This document shows positions 1 to 9,731 of a stretch of 64,000 nt of DNA, in pieces. The notes beneath the pieces are model-generated. The model saw only the letters and a list, made by a program, of their open reading frames with translations. It ran no database searches and was not told the DNA's origin. The position numbers and the translations under genes were made by a program. Every line of letters begins with the position of its first letter. Position 1 is the first letter of the stretch. Origin of the DNA: an uncultured Desulfurococcales archaeon (GTDB lineage Archaea > Thermoproteota > Thermoprotei_A > EX4484-217-1); NCBI GenBank assembly GCA_964526225.1, contig CAZGLL010000004.1:3455-67454 (forward strand), given 5' to 3'.

Positions 1-1308
1 GTAGAAGTAAGCAATATTGTTGATGTCGCTAGGTATGTTTTAGGAGTAAATATTCAATACATAAATTTATCAGCTGAAGAACCTATTCTTAGCGATGCCG
101 TAAAGCAAGCGCTTAAAAAACAAATAAGCTATTTCAAAAGTGAATTTGAGAAAATTAAAGGGACATTATCGAATATTCCAGAAGAACTAGTAGGCATAGT
201 TAATGAAGCCGAAAAACTAATGAATGAAGCTAAAGAACTCGAGGAACAAGGATTAGCATATTCTGCTGCAAGTAAAGCTTTCCAAGCAGTATACACTATT
301 GACTACGTTAAGCTACTACTTAACTATATGAATAATGGAGATGTAGCATTAGAGGAAGCTTACAGAGAAGCTAATACAACACTGGATACCGTAAAAACTG
401 CTCTTCAAAAGGTTAAACCTGAAAAATTAAGTGACATCGGTGTTCTAATAGCTTCACACTATAGGCTACTTTTAGCTCAAAAATTCCTTAAGCAAGCTGG
501 CGAGCTTTACTCTCAAGGCGATGTTGAGGATGCATTATTTAGCATTGTTTATGCTAAATGGAGAGCCATTACTGCTAAGCTATGGTTAAATGCTTTAGGT
601 TTAGGTGAAAAGCAACCAGTTCCTGAAGATGCTATTGAGAAGTACTCTCAAACAATAGTTTATGAAGCTTCAAGTGTTGCTGCCTATGCTACATCACTTT
701 TAGAAGATATTGGTGTTTCATCAGATCCTAATCTAAATTCTGCATTAGAAAATCTAGAGGATTCAAGAGATGCAATAGAGAAAGGGGACATATATGGAGG
801 TTTGGGATTAGCTCTATCAACAATAGCTGAAGCAACCACAGCTATTCACAAATACTTTACAGTTAATGTTGAAAAGCAAAGAGAAGCTATAGAAAAGGTA
901 GCTAGAGGATACATTGCGAAAGCTAGGGAGCTAGGTGTAGAACCGATATTGGCATTAGGATATTATGAATTCGCTAAACATCAAAAGAACATTTTGAATG
1001 AAATTTACTTCTACGAACTCTCGTCAATGCATGCTAAAGCACTAATAGATATTTACGTTATAGGTACAACTAAACATGAAGAAGAGGTAATAGTTACTAA
1101 AACAGTTAAGCCTGAAACCCCACCGACTCCTACTGAAACGAACAATACAGAAACCACAACACCTCAAACAACCACCGAGGCTAGAATACAACCAACTTTA
1201 GAGTTAAGAAGTGCTGTTGAAAGAGCCCTATTAATATTATTGGCGTTCCTAGGAGGACTACTGTTAGGCTATGCTATTAGAGGTAGGAGCTCAGCTACCC
1301 CAGGGTAA
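1..1308 (+). CDS. Partial (5'-truncated) membrane-anchored protein, probably the C-terminal part of an archaeal Lon-like S16 serine protease (COG1750 type)
   Basis: The frame is open from base 1 (VEVSNIVDVARYVLG resembles the end of the S16 protease domain). A helical region, a Thr/Pro-rich linker and a C-terminal TM helix follow. Confidence 0.6.
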   Translation, partial: VEVSNIVDVARYVLGVNIQYINLSAEEPILSDAVKQALKKQISYFKSEFEKIKGTLSNIPEELVGIVNEAEKLMNEAKELEEQGLAYSAASKAFQAVYTIDYVKLLLNYMNNGDVALEEAYREANTTLDTVKTALQKVKPEKLSDIGVLIASHYRLLLAQKFLKQAGELYSQGDVEDALFSIVYAKWRAITAKLWLNALGLGEKQPVPEDAIEKYSQTIVYEASSVAAYATSLLEDIGVSSDPNLNSALENLEDSRDAIEKGDIYGGLGLALSTIAEATTAIHKYFTVNVEKQREAIEKVARGYIAKARELGVEPILALGYYEFAKHQKNILNEIYFYELSSMHAKALIDIYVIGTTKHEEEVIVTKTVKPETPPTPTETNNTETTTPQTTTEARIQPTLELRSAVERALLILLAFLGGLLLGYAIRGRSSATPG

Positions 1309-1355
1309 TTCTTACCTCATTTAAAACATTCGGTCGGCATGACTTTCTTCATCGC
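1291..1355 (-). ncRNA. Candidate C/D box guide sRNA
   Basis: The minus strand reads GCGATGA (C-like), CCGA (D'-like), then CCCTGGGGTAG-CTGA (D box). The D guide is complementary to the CUACCCYRGGG stretch I recall from archaeal 23S rRNA domain V. Confidence 0.4.
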
Positions 1356-1417
1356 TTACAGAGAAAACTTGACTTAAAGGAAAAATTAAATTTAACTTAA
1401 AGAAAAATTGTTTATGT

Positions 1418-2989
1418 TTACTTGAGCGCCCCTAGTTTTCCTTCCTTTCTTAACCTATAAACTCTCCATGTTGGCGTTACATGTCTCGGATGGCTTGCTT
1501 TAACCGTGTCTATTCTGCCTTTAGCTGTATTCTTCGGCCATGTCTTTGGCTCCTTCGGATTCTTATAGGCTATTTCGGCTATCTCTTTCATTCTAGCAGC
1601 ATACCTCTCAAGGTTCTCCTTGGTTTCGGTGTCTGTGAACTCTATCATTAATGCTTCATGCACTATTAGTGGGAAGTATATTGTTGGTGCGTAGAATCCA
1701 GCATCTAACAATCCTTTAGCTACATCTTCTGCTGTAACATCTACTTCGTGCGCCATAGGTTCTGCGCTAAACACTACCTCGTGCTTTCTGAATCTCTCGG
1801 GACCATATGGTAGGTCGTATCCTCTTGTACCCTTAAGTAGTTTCGTGAAGTAGTTCGTGTTAATTACTGCTTGCTCCGTTACCTCCTTTATACCCTGTGG
1901 CCCAAGTCCTAAGATATATGTGAAGCCCCATAGTAGAGGTACTACGTTTCCGAAGAACGCCTTAAGCATTCCTACAGAGTACGGACCTGGCCACTTGAGG
2001 TAGTATCTACCTTTCTTCTCATCATACATAACTATTGGTCCTGGAAGTAAGTCACTTAGCTTAATGTTCCTGCTAGGATCAACAACTCTATCCTTTACAC
2101 ATACTGGTCCTGCACCGGGGCCTCCACCGCCATGTGGTGACCCAAATGTCTTGTGTATGTTTATATGGGCTATGTCGAAGCCCATGTCTCCAGGTCTAGC
2201 GTAGCCCATGATTCCATTGAGGTTTGCTCCATCGTAGTATAGTAGTCCATCTACCTTATGTATTTCCTCAGCTATTTCGAGAATATGCTCCTCAAATAAT
2301 CCTAGGGTGCTTGGGTTCGTTAACATAAGTCCTGCTGTATGTTCTGAAACAGCAGCTCTAAGGGCATCCATGTCTACGTTGCCGTCAGGTGCTGACTTTA
2401 TTTCTACAACTTTAAATCCGGCCATTGCTGCACTTGCTGGGTTGGTACCGTGTGCTGAATCCGGAATTATGATTTCTGTTTTCTTATCTAATTGACCCTT
2501 TAGTTCATGATATTTCCTTATGAGTAATGTTCCCGTAAGTTCTCCGTGTGCACCAGCTGCTGGGTGTAGTGTACAGGCATCCATTCCTACAATGTTAGCT
2601 AGCCACTTCTGTAACATGTAGAACGCTTCTAAGAGACCTTGAACTGTTCTTTCGTCTTGTAGTGGATGAAGCCACATTACTCTAGGGTCATTTGCTACTT
2701 CGAAAGCTATTTTCGGATTATACTTCATAGTGCATGAACCTAAAGGTACTGGGCCATTGTCTACGCCATAAGCCATTTGTGATAGGTCTACGAAGTGTCT
2801 TACAACTTCTACTTCTGAAAGCTCAGGTAGTTCTGGCGGTGAGGACCTAGCTGCCTTCTCTGGAACCTTAAGTTCTCCAACTTCCTTCCTTATTTCCTCC
2901 TCTACTTCGGGAACTAGGAACCCTATTCTTCCGGGCGCTCCTAACTCATATATTATGGGTTCTTCCCACTTTGCTTGACGGAAGACCAT
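1418..2989 (-). CDS. gcvPB: Glycine dehydrogenase (decarboxylating) subunit 2
   Basis: PLGSCTMKYNP, SAHGTNPASA and HINIHKTFGSPHGGGGPG (PLP lysine) motifs. Confidence 0.97.
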   Translation of the reverse strand: MVFRQAKWEEPIIYELGAPGRIGFLVPEVEEEIRKEVGELKVPEKAARSSPPELPELSEVEVVRHFVDLSQMAYGVDNGPVPLGSCTMKYNPKIAFEVANDPRVMWLHPLQDERTVQGLLEAFYMLQKWLANIVGMDACTLHPAAGAHGELTGTLLIRKYHELKGQLDKKTEIIIPDSAHGTNPASAAMAGFKVVEIKSAPDGNVDMDALRAAVSEHTAGLMLTNPSTLGLFEEHILEIAEEIHKVDGLLYYDGANLNGIMGYARPGDMGFDIAHINIHKTFGSPHGGGGPGAGPVCVKDRVVDPSRNIKLSDLLPGPIVMYDEKKGRYYLKWPGPYSVGMLKAFFGNVVPLLWGFTYILGLGPQGIKEVTEQAVINTNYFTKLLKGTRGYDLPYGPERFRKHEVVFSAEPMAHEVDVTAEDVAKGLLDAGFYAPTIYFPLIVHEALMIEFTDTETKENLERYAARMKEIAEIAYKNPKEPKTWPKNTAKGRIDTVKASHPRHVTPTWRVYRLRKEGKLGALK

Positions 2990-3006
2990 TTCTCACACCC
3001 CACCTC

Positions 3007-4419
3007 CTATTTACCTAAAATTTCCTTTATTGATGAAACGAGCAAGTCAATATCACCTTTATCGTGCATTTCTGTTACGCAGAATAGTGCTGTTTCACCT
3101 AGTTCTGGGAACCATTTGCCAACGTATAGTCCGCCATGAATGTCTTTCTTTAGCAGTTCCTCATGGATTTTCTCGTACTTTACTCCTGCACCATCGAAGT
3201 TTACTGTGAATTCCTTGAAGAATTCACTCTTAAACACTGGCGCTTTTACTCCATCTATTTCATTTAACTTCTTAGCCGCGTAGTGTGAACGATACATTAT
3301 TAATTCTCCTAACTTCTTGAAGCCATGCTTACCTAGTAGGGCCATGTACACTGCTGCTCCTAATGCACATAGCATTTCGTTAGTACAGATGTTCGATGTT
3401 GCTCTTTCTCTTCTAATGTGTTGCTCTCTTGTTTGAAGTATCATTGCGAAACCTAGTTCTTTACCGTCTTCTGTTGTTGTTAATCCCATGATTCTACCTG
3501 GCATTTGCCTAACTATTCTCATATCCCATTTAGCAGCGAAAATGCCTAGATATGGTCCTCCGAAGTTCATGCCTAAACCTAATGGCTGGCCTTCTCCTAC
3601 AGCAATATCTGCACCTAGTTTACCTGGTGCTTCAAGAACGCCTAAGCTTATTGGGTCAACACCCATTATAAATAGTGCTCCGTAGTCATGAGCTATTTCA
3701 CCTATTGCTTTAGCATTCTCCTCTATGAATCCAAGGAATGATGGGTTCTCAATGTATACTGCTGCTACATCCTTAGGACTTAGTTTCTCCTTCAGATCCT
3801 CTAGATCCATTAGTCCTGTTTCCTTATCATATTTTACCTTCTCTATTTTGAGACCTTTAGGTTCAGTATAGGCTTTAACTACTGGTTCATGGTAGGGATT
3901 CATTGTTGAAGGTACTAAAACCCTAGTCTTGCCTTTCTTCTGAATACGCATTGCCATGAGAAATGATTCTGCAGCTGCTGACGCCCAATCATACATTGAT
4001 GAGTTAATTATTTCCATTTCTAAAAGATCAGCCATCATGCTCTGGTATTCAAAGAGAGCCTGCATAAGTCCCTGGGAAATTTCTGGCTGATATGGTGTAT
4101 ATGCCGTGTAGAATTCAGCACGTGACATAATGTATTTCACTACTGATGGAACATAGTGTGGCCATGAGCCACCTCCTAAAAATACTGGCGGGTTCATGAA
4201 TACCTTATTTTTATTGAAGAGTTTTTCAACGAACTTTCTAATTTCTATTTCGGACAGCGGTCTTCCAAGACCTATTTCGAGCTTATTCCAGTCGCCTTTA
4301 AACCTTGCTCCTTCAGGAATGTCTTTGAAAAGTTCTTCGACACTGCTAACACCAATAGTCTTCAGCATTTCCTTTTTAATATTCTCTGGAGAATTTGGTA
4401 GCCAAGGATGCACTACCAA
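3007..4419 (-). CDS. gcvPA: Glycine dehydrogenase (decarboxylating) subunit 1
   Basis: EFYTAYTPYQPEISQG and QTREQHIRRERATSNICTN motifs. Confidence 0.97.
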   Translation of the reverse strand: MVVHPWLPNSPENIKKEMLKTIGVSSVEELFKDIPEGARFKGDWNKLEIGLGRPLSEIEIRKFVEKLFNKNKVFMNPPVFLGGGSWPHYVPSVVKYIMSRAEFYTAYTPYQPEISQGLMQALFEYQSMMADLLEMEIINSSMYDWASAAAESFLMAMRIQKKGKTRVLVPSTMNPYHEPVVKAYTEPKGLKIEKVKYDKETGLMDLEDLKEKLSPKDVAAVYIENPSFLGFIEENAKAIGEIAHDYGALFIMGVDPISLGVLEAPGKLGADIAVGEGQPLGLGMNFGGPYLGIFAAKWDMRIVRQMPGRIMGLTTTEDGKELGFAMILQTREQHIRRERATSNICTNEMLCALGAAVYMALLGKHGFKKLGELIMYRSHYAAKKLNEIDGVKAPVFKSEFFKEFTVNFDGAGVKYEKIHEELLKKDIHGGLYVGKWFPELGETALFCVTEMHDKGDIDLLVSSIKEILGK

Positions 4420-4613
4420 AATATAACCCCAAATACATACTTTTTAGATCGGATTCTTAAAACGATTTCCATAATGAAACTAATAAAGGAATACAAAAAT
4501 GCAGTTGTTTATGGTGTTTTCTACGATTAAATATTTAGTTTCACAATAATGTTATTATAGGTTTATTTAAATTAGAAAAAACCTTATTATGATATTGGTT
4601 GAGGCGGATTTCT

Positions 4614-5744
4614 ATGGCCATAAAAACACATCTTTGGGAATTTCATGTGAAAGAACTTGGCGCTACTATGGGCGAATTCGGCGGCTGGGAAGTGCCAATG
4701 CTATATACTAGCTCTATGGAGGAACATAACATAGTTAGAACGGATGTCGGAATATTTGATGTAGCGCATATGGGAAGAGTGAAGCTAACAGGACCTGACG
4801 TACTTCCATTCCTTCAGAAACTTTACCCAAAGGATATGTCTAAAACTAAGGAGCACTGGATGTCAGGTCCAACATTAGCTCTTAACGAATATGCTAGAGT
4901 CAAAGATGACGAAATGGCATATAAGGTTTCCGATGAGGAATGGTTCATAATAGTTAATGCACCCTATAGAGAGAAGATGCTAAAATACTATGATGAAGTA
5001 ATTAAGAAATACGGGTTTAAAGTGCAAGTCGAAGATATAACGTTTAAGTATGCTATGATAGCTGTGCAAGGACCAAAAGTAGAAGAAGTTTTCGAAAAAA
5101 TCGGCGCCGGATGGGCAAATGATCTCCACACACTAGAGTTTAGAATGAATGAGGAAATTGCTGGGCAAAAGGTTTACCTAATAAGCAGAAGCGGTTGGAC
5201 AGGCGAAGATGGATTCGAAATTTGGGCTGAACCTAAGGCGATGGTTGAAATATATCGTGCACTACTAAAAGCTGGAGCTAAACCTGTAGGAATTATATGT
5301 AGAGATACTCTAAGAATAGAAATGGGCTTCGTTCTAGGAGGAGACGAATACGGTGAAGATCCGACAAAGTTCCCGCCAGCATGCTGTTTAAGATACGGCT
5401 TAGGCGCTATAGATTGGAATAAGAGAGGATACATAGGTGAAGAAGCTCTTAGGGCATGTAGACGTGAAGGTTGCAGATGGATTAGAGTAGGTATTAGGAT
5501 GAAGAAGAAACATGCTAGAGCAATACTTAGACACGGATATACTATTTATGTTGAAGATCAACCCGTAGGTTGGATAACAAGCGGAACATATTCACCGTAT
5601 CTTAGGAGATCAGTAGGGCAAGCATACATTGATTCAAGATATGCTCTCTTCGGGGAAACCGTTGAAGTTGAAATAAGAGGAAAGAGATACGAAGGAAGAA
5701 TACTTGACTTCCCACTCGTGCCGGGTAGACCTGTAGTTAAATAG
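4614..5744 (+). CDS. gcvT: Glycine cleavage system T protein (aminomethyltransferase)
   Basis: FGGWEVP, IFDVAHMG, RSGWTGEDGFEI and RDTLRIEMG motifs. The ATG at 4614 is preferred to the TTG at 4599. Confidence 0.95.
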   Translation: MAIKTHLWEFHVKELGATMGEFGGWEVPMLYTSSMEEHNIVRTDVGIFDVAHMGRVKLTGPDVLPFLQKLYPKDMSKTKEHWMSGPTLALNEYARVKDDEMAYKVSDEEWFIIVNAPYREKMLKYYDEVIKKYGFKVQVEDITFKYAMIAVQGPKVEEVFEKIGAGWANDLHTLEFRMNEEIAGQKVYLISRSGWTGEDGFEIWAEPKAMVEIYRALLKAGAKPVGIICRDTLRIEMGFVLGGDEYGEDPTKFPPACCLRYGLGAIDWNKRGYIGEEALRACRREGCRWIRVGIRMKKKHARAILRHGYTIYVEDQPVGWITSGTYSPYLRRSVGQAYIDSRYALFGETVEVEIRGKRYEGRILDFPLVPGRPVVK

Positions 5745-5812
5745 TTTTAAGTTAAAAAGGTTTTTTTGAATCCTACTCTATAACAACACATGTCCCCCAT
5801 AGGGGTTAAACT

Positions 5813-6238
5813 ATGAGCACAATAGAATTCGAAGTTGGAGGTAAAAAATACCTAGTAAGAACGGATGTTAGATACACTAAAACAGATGAATGGGCTAAGA
5901 AGGAAAATGGCAAAGTGAGAGAAGGAATAACAGATTACGCACAGAAGGAGTTAAAGGACATTGTAGGAATCGAGCTTCCCGAGGTTGGTCAGGAAGTTAA
6001 GAAGGGAGAGGCTATAGGAACTCTTGAATCCGTTAAAGCAACAGCTGACTTTTACGCAGCAGTTTCCGGAAAGGTAGTAGAGGTTAATGAGAGACTTCTT
6101 GACGAACCTGAGCTTTTAAACAAGGACCCATACGGTGAGGGTTGGATAGTAGTTATTGAAATGAGTGATCCTAAGGAATTTGATGAACTATTAACACCCG
6201 AACAGTACATCGAAATGCGTAAGAAAGAAGCACACTAA
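5813..6238 (+). CDS. gcvH: Glycine cleavage system H protein
   Basis: GITDYAQ, lipoyl-lysine motif ESVKA and DPYGEGW. Confidence 0.97.
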   Translation: MSTIEFEVGGKKYLVRTDVRYTKTDEWAKKENGKVREGITDYAQKELKDIVGIELPEVGQEVKKGEAIGTLESVKATADFYAAVSGKVVEVNERLLDEPELLNKDPYGEGWIVVIEMSDPKEFDELLTPEQYIEMRKKEAH

Positions 6239-6265
6239 AAACTAAAATAAAATTTATTTTTTATT

Positions 6266-7387
6266 TTAAACAACCTTCATCATTACTGCATCATGATAGT
6301 CAACTATTACCTTAATATAGTTTCTAAGCATGTTGTCTACTTCTTCATCACCAGTATCGACCCTTAAAACATCAAGGTTTCTAATTTTCCTCCACGTAGC
6401 AATAACTACTATGTTTTTCTTTCCGCCAACCTTCTTTATAACATTAGGCGATATCTGCTGATTACCTCTTCCGAAAATAAATCCCTGGCCACCAATAGGT
6501 GTTATTATTATTTTAGCTTTAGGGTATTTTTCTAAAAGTTCAAGTAATCCTTTCTCGTCAAGATCTTTACCTACAAGTTTACCATTGTAAACAGCGTCTA
6601 CGCCTAAAAGCGTCTTTTCTATACCTAGCCTATCAGCTATAGCCTTGACTGTTGTTCCAGCACCTAAAATGTATAGTGTATCTGGCTCCATTTCTTCAAC
6701 TATTCTTTCAGCAATAGCTCTCCTATTATCCTCCTCATCTGCTATATCGGTGCTTGGCTGTTTGGATGTTTGAACAAGCCCTGCAACAATAGGTACTTTA
6801 AGATAGCCATAAAGCCTAGCTTTTAAAACGTTCTTACGGTATGCTTCTTCATCAATATCTAAGACCTCTTCCTCAACGATTCTTGTTTCACCGTTAGCAA
6901 ATGCCTTAACTATTTCAGCAGCTGCTTTAGGGTTAACTGCGAAAACAGCGCTAAACATTTTCACTCCGGAGGGTATTCCTAACACCGGTATTTTCATGTC
7001 GATAGCGTCCGCTACATCCCTTGCTGTACCGTCTCCTCCAACAAACACTAGTAAATCTACTTTTTCATCAACCATCTGTTTAGCTATTCTTTTGGTATCT
7101 TCAGCAGTTGTTTTTTCAGAATATAGTTCTCCAACAATTTTAGCTATTTTATCTCTATGTTTCGACTTCTTAGCTACATCTTCACCCATAACCTTAGGTG
7201 CAACGTAGAGCTCGAAATCTTCAAGATCTAGGCTATTGAGGAATTCTAAAGCTCTCCCAGGAGTTACAGGTTTAGCGCCTTTCTTTAATGCTATGTAGTA
7301 TGCTTCACCATCTGTTCCCTTAAGACCTACTCTACCGCCCATTCCGGCAATAGGGTTAATTATTAGTCCCAGCTTTAGTTTTCTCAA
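6266..7387 (-). CDS. ATP-NAD kinase family protein (COG3199 type)
   Basis: NPIAGMGG, GGDGTARD, GVKMFS and GGQGFIFGRGNQQ motifs. Confidence 0.85.
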   Translation of the reverse strand: MRKLKLGLIINPIAGMGGRVGLKGTDGEAYYIALKKGAKPVTPGRALEFLNSLDLEDFELYVAPKVMGEDVAKKSKHRDKIAKIVGELYSEKTTAEDTKRIAKQMVDEKVDLLVFVGGDGTARDVADAIDMKIPVLGIPSGVKMFSAVFAVNPKAAAEIVKAFANGETRIVEEEVLDIDEEAYRKNVLKARLYGYLKVPIVAGLVQTSKQPSTDIADEEDNRRAIAERIVEEMEPDTLYILGAGTTVKAIADRLGIEKTLLGVDAVYNGKLVGKDLDEKGLLELLEKYPKAKIIITPIGGQGFIFGRGNQQISPNVIKKVGGKKNIVVIATWRKIRNLDVLRVDTGDEEVDNMLRNYIKVIVDYHDAVMMKVV

Positions 7388-7479
7388 CTTATTTCCCAGC
7401 TTTTACGCTATAATCCTTAGTATAATATAAGCATTCCTTATATGTAGTAGCTAGTAAACCAGTAGATAAAGCGGTAAAA

Positions 7480-8418
7480 ATGATTGTTAAAAGGAAGTTT
7501 GGAAAATACGTTATCGTAGCCTTACCTGTGAAAACAAGTTATTGGAAGCCTAGAAAATTCTTTCTACCAGAGGTTTGTATGAAACTTAAAGGTAAGGTTT
7601 CTCATGGAGATATTATAGTATTTTCTGAAAAAGCTCTCTCAGTAGCATTAAACAACATTTATGATGAAGGCACTATTAAACCCAGATTTATCCACAAGGT
7701 AATGGCTTTCTTAATAATGAATATTCTTTGGGGTCATGTTTTAGGAGAAATAACTAAGCTAAAACATGAAACTCTAGAGTGGATAAGGAAAGCTCCAATA
7801 AATGAAATTTCTGTACACAAGGCTCTTTCACTCAAAATCGGAGGCTTGCTTCAAGCCCTCAAACCTTCGTCGGAAGCTGGAATAGATACGTCAAACGTCC
7901 CATACACTTACGTTTCTTTACCTCTAATGAAATGTTCTATTGTTGAAAAGCTTAGAAGAGCTTTAGAAAAGTGCTTGGAAAAGAAAGTTTCAGTATTGAT
8001 TGTGGATAGCGATAGAGTCTATGTCCATAGAAGACTTAATTTAGCTCTCGCTTCAAGGAAAACATGTCTTAAACATCTTAGAAACTACGGTGTACTTTCG
8101 TATGTTCTGGGTAGAACCTTTAGAAGCATGTTCTATCCTAGGGCAACCCCTGTAATGTATTCAGGAATGAAAATAGATTTAAGATTACTTCTTGAAATAG
8201 CTGAAATAGCTGATAGAGCAAGAGGCATTGGTGCCGGAAGAACAGTTTTTGAAATGGCACGTAGATTTGGCGTAAGAGTAAGCGAAGTTACGTGGGAAAT
8301 GTTATCCTCAATACCTCACTACCCTATTGTGATAGTCAAATTTATTCGGAAAGAGCCCCATAGAAGAAATAATACAGTAAAGTCTAGGTGCTTAGGGTAT
8401 GGTTCAAGCGAAATTTAG
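7480..8418 (+). CDS. CofE-like gamma-glutamyl ligase family protein
   Basis: DIIVFSEKA, EAGIDTSNVP and IVDSD motifs of the CofE/F420-0:glutamate ligase fold. Confidence 0.75.
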   Translation: MIVKRKFGKYVIVALPVKTSYWKPRKFFLPEVCMKLKGKVSHGDIIVFSEKALSVALNNIYDEGTIKPRFIHKVMAFLIMNILWGHVLGEITKLKHETLEWIRKAPINEISVHKALSLKIGGLLQALKPSSEAGIDTSNVPYTYVSLPLMKCSIVEKLRRALEKCLEKKVSVLIVDSDRVYVHRRLNLALASRKTCLKHLRNYGVLSYVLGRTFRSMFYPRATPVMYSGMKIDLRLLLEIAEIADRARGIGAGRTVFEMARRFGVRVSEVTWEMLSSIPHYPIVIVKFIRKEPHRRNNTVKSRCLGYGSSEI

Positions 8419-8824
8419 GGTAGGTGTTGAAAATTTAAGCTTTGATGCCGCACACTATACTAAAGGTGTCGAAGGAAAATGCATGAACCTTCACGGACAC
8501 ACCTTTAAAGTAAATGTTGAAGTTGAAGGGGAAGTGAATCCGGAAACAGGTTTTGTCATAGACTTTAGCATTCTCAAGAAAATCGTAAAAGAAGTTATTG
8601 AAGAATATGATCATAAAGTAATTGTTCCTAAGAAGGATGTTAACGAAACGTTTCTCAAAGGAAAATTTAAAGGCGAAGTTAAAATATTAGACTATCCCGA
8701 AGCATCTACTGAGTACATAGCCTTAGATATTGCCCGTAAAATACATGTGAAACTAAACATGCCTGTGAAAGTAAAGTTGTTTGAAGGACTAGGAAATTAC
8801 GTAATTGTTGAAATTAGAAAGTAA
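8399..8824 (+). CDS. queD: 6-carboxytetrahydropterin / 6-pyruvoyl-tetrahydropterin synthase (QueD/PTPS)
   Basis: FDAAH and CMNLHGH (CxxxHGH) motifs, plus VIDFS and STEYIA. Confidence 0.85.
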   Translation: MVQAKFRVGVENLSFDAAHYTKGVEGKCMNLHGHTFKVNVEVEGEVNPETGFVIDFSILKKIVKEVIEEYDHKVIVPKKDVNETFLKGKFKGEVKILDYPEASTEYIALDIARKIHVKLNMPVKVKLFEGLGNYVIVEIRK

Positions 8825-8843
8825 ATAGTGGAGTTGTATTTTA

Positions 8844-9731
8844 ATGAGAGATGTGCAAAATGAAAAACCCATATATCCAATATACATAAGCAGGGTTGGC
8901 GTAAGAAACATTAAGAGAAGAATAATTCTCGAAGCACCTAAAAGAAGGTTGCATTTCGACGCAATACTTGATGTTTACGTTGACCTTCCTGCGGAGAAAA
9001 GAGGAGTTCATATGTCAAGAAATATTGAAGCGTTCATTGAAGCTATAGATGCTGTTAGACTAAAGCCTTTACCTACAATGGAGGAAATCCTCGACACAAT
9101 ATGTGATATTCTCCTTAAGAAACATGAGTACGCTTCAAGAGCTGAAGTAATAGCTAGAACAACATACTTCTATACTGAAACATTCCTTGGAATACCAGCT
9201 GAGGAAGCAGCCGACGTAGAAATAAAGGTTGCGAAAACAAGAGAAGGAGATGTAACTTACGTCGTTAAGGTTGGACTTTCAGGCATGACTGTTTGCCCGT
9301 GTGCTCAAGAAACATATAAATCCGTAGAGAAAACAAAGCTTCCACATACTCCATCACATGTTCAAAGGGCTAAACTTTACTTATCGATTAAAACAAAGGG
9401 AGTTTTCGTTAGAATAGAGAAACTTATAGAGGCAGGTAAAGCTGCTTTCTCAGCACCTACGCTTAGTTTGCTAAAGAGAATAGATGAGTATAGGCTTGTC
9501 AAACATGCTTTCGAAAACCCACGTTTCGTTGAAGATGTTGCTAGAGCGGCTCTCTGTAATTTATACAGGATCGTTAATGGTAAGGTTCCTGAAGATTCAG
9601 AAATAGAAGTTGAAGTCATAAGTTACGAGAGCATACATCCCTATGATGCATATGCTTACGCTAAGTTTTCCCTTAAAGATTTAAAGAGAGAAATAGAGGA
9701 AGCTAAAAAGGTTTCAAAAACTCACACGTAA
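8844..9731 (+). CDS. mptA: GTP cyclohydrolase MptA (FolE2 family)
   Basis: DVQ, RGVHMSR, TVCPCA, HVQR, NPRFVEDVAR and ESIHPYDAYA motifs. Confidence 0.93.
   Translation: MRDVQNEKPIYPIYISRVGVRNIKRRIILEAPKRRLHFDAILDVYVDLPAEKRGVHMSRNIEAFIEAIDAVRLKPLPTMEEILDTICDILLKKHEYASRAEVIARTTYFYTETFLGIPAEEAADVEIKVAKTREGDVTYVVKVGLSGMTVCPCAQETYKSVEKTKLPHTPSHVQRAKLYLSIKTKGVFVRIEKLIEAGKAAFSAPTLSLLKRIDEYRLVKHAFENPRFVEDVARAALCNLYRIVNGKVPEDSEIEVEVISYESIHPYDAYAYAKFSLKDLKREIEEAKKVSKTHT

Noticed and set aside
4435..4442. ACATACTT match between the putative guide after 41268 and the gcvPA upstream region
   Set aside because: An 8-nt AT-rich match is expected by chance in 64 kb.
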